Source of the DNA: a virus
Virus genome (UHGV): UHGV-1362914
Length of the DNA: 59,343 nt
Reading direction: 5' to 3' (one strand)
Positions within the stretch are counted from its first letter, which is position 1. Every line of letters starts with the position of its first letter. The notes under the pieces are model-generated. The model made no database searches and was not told the DNA's origin. It was given only the letters and a program-made list of their open reading frames with translations. Below are positions 16,765-25,803 of this stretch, one piece after another. The position numbers were made by a program, and so were the translations under genes.

Positions 16765-17394
16765 ATGTACGAACTGACTAAGATCTACAAAACCAAAGCT
16801 ATGGCCGTTAACGCGATCCGCATGACTGCGACCAACAAGGGCTGGAAAGTGCTGTCCACCGACGACGCCGCGCAGCACGTATGGCCGCAGGCGGAAGGTT
16901 TCACTGTAAACAATACCTCCTTAAACCTCGCCCTGGGCTTCATTAGCGAAGCGGATGCGGATGCACTATCCCAGCGGGTTCCGGGGGGTAGCGTAACAAA
17001 CGGCGAGGCGCTGGAAGCGGTAAACGCTGCCCTGGCCGAGAAAGCTAATGTGGATAAAAAGGCTCCGAAGCTGCAAGCGCCGTCCAAGCTGGAGCAGGAC
17101 AAAAAGGCTGCCAAAGCTGCCAAAAAGGCGGACAAGGCACCAAAAGGCACCGGTGAGGGCGATAAGTCCGCCACACGCTGCGAAGTTAAGAACGGCGCAC
17201 GCCGCCCGCTCCGCGGCAAGACTTTGCTGGTATGGGAGACTACCGAGATGCTCGCAGCAGGTCCTAACGGTATTCCGACTCTGAAGGAAGTATATGAAGA
17301 GCTTTGCCGCCTGGAACCAGGTTTTAACAAAACCACCGCAGGAATCCAGTATTACGCTTGCCGTGCTTACAACGGCTGGGAGTCTAAAAAATGA
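16765..17394 (+). CDS. Lys/Ala-rich protein with conserved C-terminal domain (paralog of 56966..57724)
   Basis: AAGGTG RBS before MYELTK. KAAKAAKKADKAPK low-complexity region. C-terminal ~65 aa align with the 56966 gene product. Confidence 0.5.
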   Translation: MYELTKIYKTKAMAVNAIRMTATNKGWKVLSTDDAAQHVWPQAEGFTVNNTSLNLALGFISEADADALSQRVPGGSVTNGEALEAVNAALAEKANVDKKAPKLQAPSKLEQDKKAAKAAKKADKAPKGTGEGDKSATRCEVKNGARRPLRGKTLLVWETTEMLAAGPNGIPTLKEVYEELCRLEPGFNKTTAGIQYYACRAYNGWESKK

Positions 17395-17555
17395 TGAAAC
17401 ATATTTCTGAAGTAAGAGTAGGCGACATCGTGTTACATGAAGGCGTCGAGATGACGGTCGGTGTTAATGATATCAAGTATGATAGTTTCATGGGTTATAC
17501 TTTATTTGGTGATAGTTACCGTCTTGGTTACAAGAAAGTTCATGTAGTTCGTTGA
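17391..17555 (+). CDS. hypothetical small protein (54 aa), ATGA-coupled to upstream gene
   Basis: ATG overlaps the upstream TGA stop; below the track cutoff. Confidence 0.3.
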   Translation: MMKHISEVRVGDIVLHEGVEMTVGVNDIKYDSFMGYTLFGDSYRLGYKKVHVVR

Positions 17556-17619
17556 TTTATACCTTGCCCATCGTAAGGTGGGCAATAATAAGTCTGCTCA
17601 CTAATAAAAGGAATATAAT

Positions 17620-17934
17620 ATGAATCGCACTTATTTCCCGACTGATAGTTCATTTCGTATCGCATTTGCCTTATGCGTTAATCGTATCGCGCAGCATAAC
17701 AATCAGCAAATGATAGTAGAAACAGATATAAGTAAGATCTGCGACAACGTTAAAGATACTGCGAAGCTGAATGATATTGTTGTTAACTATATCGGCTTCG
17801 GTAGTCTCCGTGATAGCGATGTACAGTGGATCACTGAGTATCACAACCGCAATAAGCTGTGGCATACAGAGGACCAGGAGCAGAGCTGGCTGGGGTTATG
17901 GGAATATGCCAAGGTATGGAGGGAGACTAAATAA
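17620..17934 (+). CDS. hypothetical protein
   Basis: AGGAA RBS. Confidence 0.4.
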   Translation: MNRTYFPTDSSFRIAFALCVNRIAQHNNQQMIVETDISKICDNVKDTAKLNDIVVNYIGFGSLRDSDVQWITEYHNRNKLWHTEDQEQSWLGLWEYAKVWRETK

Positions 17935-18200
17935 TGGGTAAAGTTATCCAGGTGACCTTCGCTCCGGCAACTGCTACCAAAGGTAAACGTTACATTGCGA
18001 AGTCTGATGTGGCTCACGTTACCACCGACTATAACCCGCATCTTACCGATAGCGCGAACGCCCGTTTCGCAGCGAATGCTTGCATTCGAGAAATGAACCT
18101 GGACACTGATACGATGTTGGCAGGTATCAAGTGGGATATAGTTGCAAGCGGTACTATGCCGGACGGAAAGAGCATCATATTCATAGCGGAGGAACTATGA
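17934..18200 (+). CDS. hypothetical protein
   Basis: ORF. Confidence 0.4.
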   Translation: MGKVIQVTFAPATATKGKRYIAKSDVAHVTTDYNPHLTDSANARFAANACIREMNLDTDTMLAGIKWDIVASGTMPDGKSIIFIAEEL

Positions 18201-18331
18201 GCTTACTATTTAGTCTGCTCACTCTTACAGGTGCGATAGTATGCACGCTACCGATCGGGCTCATGGTTGCAAGGGTAACAATGGCGCTAGAGAACTCTGA
18301 TCTCGCAAATAAAAATAAAAAGAAACGGTAA
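18197..18331 (+). CDS. small membrane protein (44 aa), ATGA-coupled
   Basis: GGAGG RBS. Single TM segment LLFSLLTLTGAIVCTLPIGLMV, then KNKKKR. Confidence 0.35.
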   Translation: MSLLFSLLTLTGAIVCTLPIGLMVARVTMALENSDLANKNKKKR

Positions 18332-18621
18332 CGTAAAGAGATAGTGAGGTTGTGACACAGAAGCAGCCTCACTGTTCCCTCAGGTGACTATACCCGACGC
18401 CATCATTATCTGGCTTATTATCACCGGGTGGGCCTCCCTATCCTGATAGTATCCTTGTCCTAAAATATCAACTATCATACACCTGACCCTGTTCCTGTTT
18501 CTCACTTTAAAATAATTCAGTCTGTATATAGGTATTTTTAAATCTAAATCTAGCCTGATCTAAATTTATTCAGTATACTCGCTATACAAGCTAAAGAAAG
18601 CTAACTTATCCGGAGAATACA

Positions 18622-18990
18622 ATGTCTAACGTGGTTGCAATTGAATATCGTTTCCCTATGGAGGAGAAACACGTTTACGATTCCTTCGTAAAACTGTTAG
18701 GTCAGTATGACTACGAAATTTCGGTACATCGTATTAACGGTGTGATAGTTTTAACAATAATGGACAGAACTGGATCTAGCACATTCATTAAACATCTTTA
18801 CGATGCTGCTAAGAACCTTGCAACACCTCCTCAGCTCAAACAGGTAAAACTATTCCTGTCCGCTATTAAGCTGGTATTGGCGTGGTTCGGTTTAGTGGGC
18901 GCTATTGGTTTAATGGGTGGTTTGATTTACCTGATAATCAGTGTCGTAGTTTATCCCTTTAGCAAGATCGTAGAATTTCTTTACGGGTGA
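18622..18990 (+). CDS. hypothetical membrane protein
   Basis: GGAG RBS. C-terminal TM helix. Confidence 0.4.
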   Translation: MSNVVAIEYRFPMEEKHVYDSFVKLLGQYDYEISVHRINGVIVLTIMDRTGSSTFIKHLYDAAKNLATPPQLKQVKLFLSAIKLVLAWFGLVGAIGLMGGLIYLIISVVVYPFSKIVEFLYG

Positions 18991-19083
18991 GTTAATGCGT
19001 AACCTGTATTGTGGTTACACTGATTGCTTCATTCCTGGTGGTACACTACGGATTCTATTTCAGAGAATCTTGGAGACAAAATA

Positions 19084-19554
19084 ATGAGAAAGATACTTTG
19101 TAATGCCACTGCTTACCAGCTGATGACAAAAGTTAGAGAAGATGGCTTAGATAAAGCCTATGACTGGTTCATGGAGCTTTCTAAGACTGAGAATCTTAAC
19201 CCACGTGAGCAAATGCACATCATTCTTCTTGCGGGCGGTATCCGTGAGTCTGTAGAACAAGATTTTAAGAACTCCGTTGAAGTTCCGTGGACCTGGAACG
19301 CGCCTAAGGTTAATGTAATTGCAGATGAAGCAAATATAATCCATGAGCCGAAAGAGCTCCCGAAACAAAAGAGCACTAAGCGCCAGCCTAGCAGTAAGTG
19401 CCTGGATGATGCGCGGAAAGCGCTAGGCAGGTACCCGTATAACGAAGGTACTAACTACTTAGTGGGTGATGGTTATTTCTCCCGCAGTTGCCGTGACAAG
19501 TATGGCGATCGCATGTGGGACGAAGCCTGTGAAATAGTCAGAAAGGAAAGATAA
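19084..19554 (+). CDS. hypothetical protein
   Basis: GGAG RBS before MRKILC. Confidence 0.4.
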   Translation: MRKILCNATAYQLMTKVREDGLDKAYDWFMELSKTENLNPREQMHIILLAGGIRESVEQDFKNSVEVPWTWNAPKVNVIADEANIIHEPKELPKQKSTKRQPSSKCLDDARKALGRYPYNEGTNYLVGDGYFSRSCRDKYGDRMWDEACEIVRKER

Positions 19555-19556
19555 CT

Positions 19557-19877
19557 ATGATAGATGCCGAAAAAATAGCGTTCTTACGGGAACAAGAACT
19601 CATGGTTGGTTGGACTCCAGGAATGGAGTTTGAAAAAGCAACCATCAAGCTTGAAATGACTCGCGGGTCTGATTTATTAGATTACTTTTTGATGTCAGAA
19701 ATCATCGAACTTTGCGAGTATTACAGCAAATTATCTGCTATGATTTCTTTGGGTCAGGTTGTTACGCCTGCTGATCGTTTTACGTTTCATATTTTAAAAG
19801 CTAATAAAATCTTCGATGCGTTTAACTCTTTATATCAAGAAATGAAAGGTGAAAACCATGCACAACAAAATGTATAA
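19557..19877 (+). CDS. hypothetical protein
   Basis: ORF. Confidence 0.4.
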   Translation: MIDAEKIAFLREQELMVGWTPGMEFEKATIKLEMTRGSDLLDYFLMSEIIELCEYYSKLSAMISLGQVVTPADRFTFHILKANKIFDAFNSLYQEMKGENHAQQNV

Positions 19878-20058
19878 GCCTGGTTATAAAGTGCGTCGCT
19901 TAGGTGGCGGCCTGTATTGTGTAGAGCGCGACGGTAAGCATCCGTCTTATATCCGTCGCATTGAAGAAGGCTCTCGCAACTCCTATTTCTGCGGTGGCGG
20001 TAGTCCGTGGTTCCCTACGCTGCGCGATGCAATCTTCCACGTAATTTCACACTGGTGA
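19858..20058 (+). CDS. hypothetical small protein
   Basis: AAGGTG RBS before MHNKMYKP. Confidence 0.35.
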   Translation: MHNKMYKPGYKVRRLGGGLYCVERDGKHPSYIRRIEEGSRNSYFCGGGSPWFPTLRDAIFHVISHW

Positions 20059-20063
20059 TTAAT

Positions 20064-20360
20064 ATGACCTATGAAGAGTATAAGGTCCACTTACAGTCTC
20101 AAGGTTGGACTTGCTGGGCTCGTTATATGGGAACAGGGACTGAAAGCGCTTGTGAAATGAATCATCCCGACTGTTCCTATATTCTTACAGTTGAAGATAA
20201 ACCTGACGGTGTTGTAGCTAGCGCTACTATAACCCTACCGGGTTTCATTCAACCTGTAACCACAGGAAAGTTTGGATCACCTTGGTCCAACAAAGCATTC
20301 TTCACACAAGTTCAACGTCTTGACAAAATCAAACGTTTGGTGGGAGATCAATTGAAATGA
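20064..20360 (+). CDS. hypothetical protein
   Basis: GGTGA RBS before MTYEEYK. Confidence 0.35.
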   Translation: MTYEEYKVHLQSQGWTCWARYMGTGTESACEMNHPDCSYILTVEDKPDGVVASATITLPGFIQPVTTGKFGSPWSNKAFFTQVQRLDKIKRLVGDQLK

Positions 20361-20863
20361 GTAAATTAACTGACTGGATTGAAGCCCACAAGGACAATCC
20401 TGATGACGAGCTAAACGTTCGCAATTATACGCTGAATAAAGAGTATTATGAGCGGGATTATGCCGAAGCAGTTGAAAAGGGTAACGTCGTTGAATGTCAT
20501 ATCTGCGAGTATCCACAAGTGATCGGCACTAGCTCGGTTGACCCTGAAATGATTGAGCATAAAGTATGCTTTACGTGTTGGTTCTGGTTGCACCACATCG
20601 GCCTCAAGAACGGACCAACTCCGCGCTCTATCATCGTTAAAGGTACGCATTATGTCGATGCTGGTAACAAACCTAAAGAGCCTCGATCTGCGTTCTTAGG
20701 ATATGGCGGCAGTAAGTTCTATTATCGCAAGATCGGTGAATCCGAATATGTGGAAACCAACAATATGTGGCACCAGGGAACGATTCCAAAACGCTTCAAC
20801 ATCCCTGATACTCACGAATTTAAACCTCCGAAAAGAATGAATTATGTTCCAACATTTAAATAA
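20357..20863 (+). CDS. hypothetical protein with CxxC...CxxC zinc-binding motif
   Basis: CHICEY...CFTCWF. Confidence 0.4.
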   Translation: MSKLTDWIEAHKDNPDDELNVRNYTLNKEYYERDYAEAVEKGNVVECHICEYPQVIGTSSVDPEMIEHKVCFTCWFWLHHIGLKNGPTPRSIIVKGTHYVDAGNKPKEPRSAFLGYGGSKFYYRKIGESEYVETNNMWHQGTIPKRFNIPDTHEFKPPKRMNYVPTFK

Positions 20864-20876
20864 TTGATTAATTAAA

Positions 20877-20901
20877 GGGTAGACGTGAGTCTGCCCTTTT
20901 T
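20877..20901 (+). terminator. rho-independent terminator (GGGTAGAC-GTGA-GTCTGCCC + TTTTT)
   Basis: 8-bp stem (one G-U wobble), tetraloop, T5. Confidence 0.55.
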
Positions 20902-20935
20902 GCTATACTGTTTTCAGTCAACAGGAGGATTGAAA

Positions 20936-21322
20936 ATGGGTAAGCGTAAAGATTGGGTATACGCTGAGGCAAATGGCTGCACTGTAGGTCTGATGAAGTG
21001 CTGTTCTTGCGGAAAGAAAATCACCGAGGGTGAATTCCGTTATTATGAAACCGAAGAAGCTTATGTTTGCCAGTGTAAAACATGTGGCGGCTCTGATAGT
21101 CGCTGGATGGAACGCGATCGTCAAGAAGCGGCCCTTGTTCGTCGGCAGTGGGAGTCTGATGCACGTACTGATCATGTTGTACTTTTACAACGTATACAAG
21201 AAGCCTTTTTTGAAGGTTTTGCTGAGTCGGATACAGGTGACTTTTCAGTGTCAGAAGCTTGGCGCCGTTCCGACTCTAAACGTGTTTATGATGTTTTGAA
21301 AGAACTGTGGAGCGTACAATGA
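20936..21322 (+). CDS. hypothetical zinc-ribbon protein
   Basis: AGGAGG RBS. CCSCGKK...CQCKTCGG. Confidence 0.4.
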   Translation: MGKRKDWVYAEANGCTVGLMKCCSCGKKITEGEFRYYETEEAYVCQCKTCGGSDSRWMERDRQEAALVRRQWESDARTDHVVLLQRIQEAFFEGFAESDTGDFSVSEAWRRSDSKRVYDVLKELWSVQ

Positions 21323-21867
21323 ACAACTTACAAGTCTCTAAATTAGAAGATGTAAAATCTGGCCTGGAACGTTTAGGGCTTATTGCTGAAGTTGGTAAGA
21401 CCAAAGTACCTGAATGGAAGCGTATTTATGTTCATGCCCCGCATAAAGAAGGTTGTACCCTCTATGTGATGCGTATGTCATTCCACCATGGGCTTTTGAA
21501 CTCGTACAAAACGTTCGGATTGCCTGGTTTCTGGTTTACTGCTATTCGTGTTATGCTGGAGCGTAAAATCATTATGGATCACGTGAAATACCTCGCGTTA
21601 GGTGTCCGTGCATATAATGAGGTTTACCACATTCTCGAAGAGCTGCCTCATTGCAAAACCGAGAAAGAACGTAATAAAGTGAATCGTCAGTTCCTCGAAG
21701 CGAAGTGGCGGCGTTTGACTCAGCTGATTAACCATTATTACTATGGTCATAGTCTCCCGGAGATCGAAGATGCGATCAACCCAAAAGCGTCGCGGTTACT
21801 GCCAGTTTCCGCTAACCGAAATCGAAAAAGCCAGGCAAGCGGCAGAGTTGCGGAGAAAGCGGACTAA
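21319..21867 (+). CDS. hypothetical protein
   Basis: GGAG RBS. ATGA coupling. The 3' ~98 nt overlap the next gene. Confidence 0.35.
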   Translation: MNNLQVSKLEDVKSGLERLGLIAEVGKTKVPEWKRIYVHAPHKEGCTLYVMRMSFHHGLLNSYKTFGLPGFWFTAIRVMLERKIIMDHVKYLALGVRAYNEVYHILEELPHCKTEKERNKVNRQFLEAKWRRLTQLINHYYYGHSLPEIEDAINPKASRLLPVSANRNRKSQASGRVAEKAD

Positions 21868-22153
21868 AGCCCATTGCTGCGTCTGTATAATCAGGAATAG
21901 CTCAAGAAACGAAGCCTATCTAGGATTAAAGAATACCACTGAAGCGAAACAGTATGAGGTGGTTTATCATACTAACCCCGCCTGGCAAGAAACTGGTAGG
22001 CTTGTTACTTATCCGGATCGTGAACTTCGCGGCAAGGTTATTGACCTGCTCAGCGAGGGATTGAAACCTAGGCGCGTCGCGGAACAGACTGGCGTATCGG
22101 CTAGCTATGTTTACCACCTTCAAAGAATATTAAAGGATTCTACTAATGTTTGA
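21770..22153 (+). CDS. putative HTH DNA-binding regulator
   Basis: C-terminal LKPRRVAEQTGVSASYVYHLQRIL helix-turn-helix. GGAG RBS. Confidence 0.4.
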   Translation: MRSTQKRRGYCQFPLTEIEKARQAAELRRKRTKAHCCVCIIRNSSRNEAYLGLKNTTEAKQYEVVYHTNPAWQETGRLVTYPDRELRGKVIDLLSEGLKPRRVAEQTGVSASYVYHLQRILKDSTNV

Positions 22154-22589
22154 TTATAAATTAGTACATCAAACCCAGCCAACTCCTATGGGTTGTGTTT
22201 GTACCTGTATTGCAATGCTGATGGGGGAAGACGCACAATCCGTAATTGATCATTATCATGAAAAATATTATGTAAAAAGGTCAATGGACGTTGGCGACAT
22301 CTTAGCGGAACAAGCTTTTATATTCCGCCGGGAAATGGCTGGCACGGTGCTAACGCTTTACCCGGGAGCTGTTTATCTGCTAACTGTAGCTAGCCTTAAC
22401 ATCCCTGGCAGCTTGCACCAGATTTTAGTAGATTACCGCGACACTGCGGGTCCTGTAGTGTTGGACCCTGCGAAAGGGTACGGTAAGCGCAAATATTACA
22501 CATTTGATCAAACGGAAGCTGATGAAGTCAATAACGCTTTCTTGCTTTTTAGCTGGATTGTTGATTATACAATTACCGACAGAGGTTGA
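22146..22589 (+). CDS. papain-like cysteine peptidase (C39-like)
   Basis: HQTQPTPMGCVCTCIAMLMG matches the Q...CG..C.AM catalytic Cys region of C39-like domains. Downstream H in SLHQILVDY. Confidence 0.4.
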   Translation: MFDYKLVHQTQPTPMGCVCTCIAMLMGEDAQSVIDHYHEKYYVKRSMDVGDILAEQAFIFRREMAGTVLTLYPGAVYLLTVASLNIPGSLHQILVDYRDTAGPVVLDPAKGYGKRKYYTFDQTEADEVNNAFLLFSWIVDYTITDRG

Positions 22590-22590
22590 T

Positions 22591-23085
22591 ATGACTGCTA
22601 TCGCATGGGATGGTAAAACCTTAGCCGCCGATACGATGTACAACTACGGAGGTCATAAAGGATACTCAATCAAAATGGAAATCGTTGAGCATCCGATTAT
22701 CGGTAAAATGATTGTTGCTCTTTGCGGAACCGTAAGAGGTAGCTCTCTGCTCTTTAAGCAGTTAGAAACAAATACTATTAAACAAATTGACGACTATGAT
22801 GTTGTCAATGTTTATGGTGTTGCTGTAGACTCAAAGAAGAACGTCTATAACGTCTACGGTGACGGTTATTGTGTAATTGAACATCCGAAGAATCAATTCA
22901 TCGCCAGCGGGTCTTGTATGGACTTTCTCTATGGTGCTATGTACGCAGGAGCTAGCGCAGAGCGTGCCATTGGCCTTGCTATGGAGTACAGAACGGACGC
23001 AGGGAACGAGTGTCAAAAGATGGTTTGGGCTGACGTTTTTAAGGGCTACGAGAATGAAAGATTTAACGACGATATTCCCTACTGA
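22591..23085 (+). CDS. HslV/proteasome-beta-like Ntn-hydrolase peptidase
   Basis: MTAIAWDGKTLAADT (Thr2 nucleophile, like HslV TTIVSV...IAGD). ALCGTVRG matches GFAGGTADA, and IASGSCMDFLYGAMYAG matches IAIGSGGPYAQAAARAL. GAGG RBS. Confidence 0.5.
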   Translation: MTAIAWDGKTLAADTMYNYGGHKGYSIKMEIVEHPIIGKMIVALCGTVRGSSLLFKQLETNTIKQIDDYDVVNVYGVAVDSKKNVYNVYGDGYCVIEHPKNQFIASGSCMDFLYGAMYAGASAERAIGLAMEYRTDAGNECQKMVWADVFKGYENERFNDDIPY

Positions 23086-23332
23086 GGTTAAAGAACTTGC
23101 TAAGTTCAATCCCGCTGGCTATTGGGAATTACCTCATAATATGTTTGTCACTGATAACGAAAGTATTATGATCGCTATTATTGACAGCGCCACAGATGAA
23201 ACCATGGTCTTGTTTTGGGATAAATCCGAGCAAACTTGGTTTCATTATACCAACTGCTTTGGACTCGGAGAAGGTAATGATGTTGCCACTAAATCTCTTA
23301 TCAGTGAATGGCTTGAAACAGCTAGCGGTTAA
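23054..23332 (+). CDS. hypothetical protein (start uncertain)
   Basis: ORF; weak AAGGG RBS. Confidence 0.3.
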   Translation: MKDLTTIFPTEVKELAKFNPAGYWELPHNMFVTDNESIMIAIIDSATDETMVLFWDKSEQTWFHYTNCFGLGEGNDVATKSLISEWLETASG

Positions 23333-23831
23333 GTTGCTGCCGTGGCTGGTGCTTATTGTGGTTACAGTTCTGCTTTATTTATTTGCCCAGAATAAGTGGA
23401 ATGAAGCATTAGAAACCAAGTATAATGCTGGTGTTAAAGACGGTAAACAGGCCGTAGTTGACGAGTATGAAAACAAAGCCGCTCAGCTACGAAACAAGTT
23501 AGATATTGACAAAGGTAAAATCGAGTATGAAGCACATCAAAATATTGAGGTCGCAAATCGTGACGCTCAGTCTGCTCGCGATCTTGCTGACAGCTTGCAG
23601 CGAACGCTCGACAAAGTACGAAGCATCGCCAGTCGTGCCGGAGCAACTGTCACCACTAGCACGTCAACCACAAAAGCCGTCGATCTGCTCGCCGACATGC
23701 TCGTCAAATCAAATCGTCGAGCAAACCAATATGCAGAATTCGCTGACCGAGCTTTTGAAGCAGGTCGAACCTGTGAACGACAATACGACTCATTGAGGGG
23801 CCGGATAATTGAACAAACTACCTCCAAATAG
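23277..23831 (+). CDS. Rz: i-spanin (Rz-like)
   Basis: N-terminal TM LLPWLVLIVVTVLLYLF followed by a coiled-coil periplasmic domain. GGAG RBS. Contains an embedded +1-frame lipoprotein gene. Confidence 0.55.
   Translation: MMLPLNLLSVNGLKQLAVKLLPWLVLIVVTVLLYLFAQNKWNEALETKYNAGVKDGKQAVVDEYENKAAQLRNKLDIDKGKIEYEAHQNIEVANRDAQSARDLADSLQRTLDKVRSIASRAGATVTTSTSTTKAVDLLADMLVKSNRRANQYAEFADRAFEAGRTCERQYDSLRGRIIEQTTSK
23527..23796 (+). CDS. Rz1: o-spanin (Rz1-like lipoprotein) embedded in Rz
   Basis: MKHIKILRSQIVTLSLLAILLTAC signal peptide with LTAC lipobox. Pro-rich mature part. Confidence 0.5.
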   Translation: MKHIKILRSQIVTLSLLAILLTACSERSTKYEASPVVPEQLSPLARQPQKPSICSPTCSSNQIVEQTNMQNSLTELLKQVEPVNDNTTH

Positions 23832-24018
23832 TCAGATTCGAAAACATGCTTCAAAAGCTGGAGTTGAAGAACTCTATGATCAGCATGTAGAATCTTTAAC
23901 AAAGCTTCTTGATGCTGCTACTGAGGAAGGTCAAGGTTCGTTGGCTGGTTTTTTGTTTGCATTCTCAACACTTGCAAATGAGATTCAAAAGCGACACAAC
24001 GGGCCCAAAAAGCAATAA
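23809..24018 (+). CDS. hypothetical small protein (TTG start)
   Basis: ORF only. Confidence 0.25.
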   Translation: MNKLPPNSQIRKHASKAGVEELYDQHVESLTKLLDAATEEGQGSLAGFLFAFSTLANEIQKRHNGPKKQ

Positions 24019-24077
24019 TTGACCACAGTATCAAAAGCATGTAGCCTTACTCTGTCATTTATTAGAGGAGTAGGGCT

Positions 24078-24515
24078 ATGGCTACCATCCCCCGCGGCAT
24101 TCGAAACAATAACCCTGGTAACATTCGTTGGTCAAACGACCAGTGGAAGGGTTTAATTCCTAAAGATCAGGCCAACGATAAATCCTTCTGCGTGTTTCGA
24201 ACTCCTGAGTATGGTATTCGTGCCATGACTCGGATTTTACGTCGATATACGCAATATCCTGGTATCCCGAACGTTGGCAAACCAAAGATCGATACTGTTC
24301 GTGAAGTTATCTCTCGCTGGGCACCGCCTAACGAGAACAACACTGAAGCCTATATTCAAAGTGTTGCCAAAAATGTTGGGGTAGCGGCCAACAGTCCCAT
24401 TGACGTTTTCGATAGTGCTATTATGTTAAAGTTGCTGAAAGCAATTATCGCGCACGAGAACGGTCAGCAGCCGTATACTGACGCCCAAATTTTGGCCGGA
24501 ATTAATTTAGCATAA
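24078..24515 (+). CDS. putative endolysin / cell-wall hydrolase (family not recognised)
   Basis: Lies in the lysis cluster next to a holin-like gene. Soluble 145-aa protein with NNPGNIRW motif. Assignment is positional. Confidence 0.3.
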   Translation: MATIPRGIRNNNPGNIRWSNDQWKGLIPKDQANDKSFCVFRTPEYGIRAMTRILRRYTQYPGIPNVGKPKIDTVREVISRWAPPNENNTEAYIQSVAKNVGVAANSPIDVFDSAIMLKLLKAIIAHENGQQPYTDAQILAGINLA

Positions 24516-24526
24516 GGAATAACCAA

Positions 24527-24874
24527 ATGCTTTTTTCGCCTGACCCGAAGTGGGATTGGGGGAAGATAATCATCTTCACCATCCTGGCATTTTTAGGCGG
24601 TTCTCTAGGCTACACAATGCGAACGCTCGACGCGAATGAAAAACTTGTCTGGTGGAGGGTTTTGCTTGAAGGTTTCAGCGCCGTATTTTTCGCAGTCATA
24701 ACCGGTTTGATTTGCATGGAGCAAAACATATCCTTTGGTTGGTCGAGCGCCATTATTGGCGCAACATCGTGGATAGGTTCAAGGGCGACATTCCTAATCA
24801 TCCGGTCTGTGACTTTTAAGAAGTTTGGTATCGAGCCGGAGAAACGCAATGAAACACCTAATTCAGGAGACTAA
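24527..24874 (+). CDS. holin-like membrane protein (3 predicted TM segments)
   Basis: Three hydrophobic stretches and a charged C-terminus. About 115 aa. Confidence 0.4.
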   Translation: MLFSPDPKWDWGKIIIFTILAFLGGSLGYTMRTLDANEKLVWWRVLLEGFSAVFFAVITGLICMEQNISFGWSSAIIGATSWIGSRATFLIIRSVTFKKFGIEPEKRNETPNSGD

Positions 24875-25160
24875 AGACCTTTTTCAGAGGCCGCGTTTAC
24901 TGATACAGTACGTGGTCTTAAATTTTTTCCTGATTTCAGTTGGTCTTGCTGCCGTAGTATACACTAAGAAGGAGTTGGCGTTAGAGCATTCAAAAACTCA
25001 GAGTGAACAGATCATTAATGTAGGCCAGCAGTTGAGAGGGGTAGACTTACCTCCTAGTGTTGAGCGTAATATCAATCAACTTCAACGTAATGCAGAGCAG
25101 ACATTAAGCGAGGTCAATCAACCTGAAAACCCAAAGACCGGAGGCAGTTCTTCGAAGTAG
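24849..25160 (+). CDS. signal-anchored membrane protein (possible lysis regulator)
   Basis: GGAG RBS. Single N-terminal TM. Confidence 0.35.
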   Translation: MKHLIQETKDLFQRPRLLIQYVVLNFFLISVGLAAVVYTKKELALEHSKTQSEQIINVGQQLRGVDLPPSVERNINQLQRNAEQTLSEVNQPENPKTGGSSSK

Positions 25161-25239
25161 TCTAGAGCTGCCTACTTCACTAATCTCTTGCTTTACGCTC
25201 ATACCGTCGGTATAGTTCAGAAAAACCTATGGAGGCGGT

Positions 25240-25803
25240 ATGAGCGACGCATCTAATTTTAACCCTGATTGGACAGCATATATTGAACGGGCGAGAGACT
25301 TGACTCAAGACGAAATGAATATTCGTGAGCAAGTAGTTCGTCAGTATCTGTATGACTATAGCTGGACCAAAGCCTGCCTACGGTGCGGATTCCGTCCGGA
25401 GTTCGCTGCGGATAATGCCGAACGTTTTGCGAAAGACCCTTATTGCATCTGGCGTGTAAAAGAGCTAGCCCGCGAGATTGGCCTTAATCCTAATCCTGAG
25501 CAACGAGCAAAAGATATCGAACAAGATAAAGTCGATATTATTAACGCCCTGAAGAAAGAAGCTCATTATTATGGACCTGGCAGCTCTCAAGCGGCCCGTG
25601 TTAGCGCCCTGGGCAAGCTGGCTCAGCTACTTGGCATGGAACCGCCTAAGCAAATTAAAGCGGACGTAAAAGGTACTGGTGTTATGGTCGTTCCTGGTAT
25701 TGCTGACACTGACGAATGGGAAAAGTTAGCAATTCAACAACAGGAAGATCTACGCGAAGATACCATGCGAGCTATTGAGAAGGGTGATAATAATGTCCAC
25801 TAA
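25240..25803 (+). CDS. terminase small subunit
   Basis: Lies immediately upstream of TerL and overlaps it. Size 187 aa. Confidence 0.5.
   Translation: MSDASNFNPDWTAYIERARDLTQDEMNIREQVVRQYLYDYSWTKACLRCGFRPEFAADNAERFAKDPYCIWRVKELAREIGLNPNPEQRAKDIEQDKVDIINALKKEAHYYGPGSSQAARVSALGKLAQLLGMEPPKQIKADVKGTGVMVVPGIADTDEWEKLAIQQQEDLREDTMRAIEKGDNNVH

Noticed and set aside
16785-17336. 183-aa minus-strand ORF inside the Lys/Ala-rich gene
   Set aside because: It is the reverse-frame shadow of the KAAKK repeat coding region.
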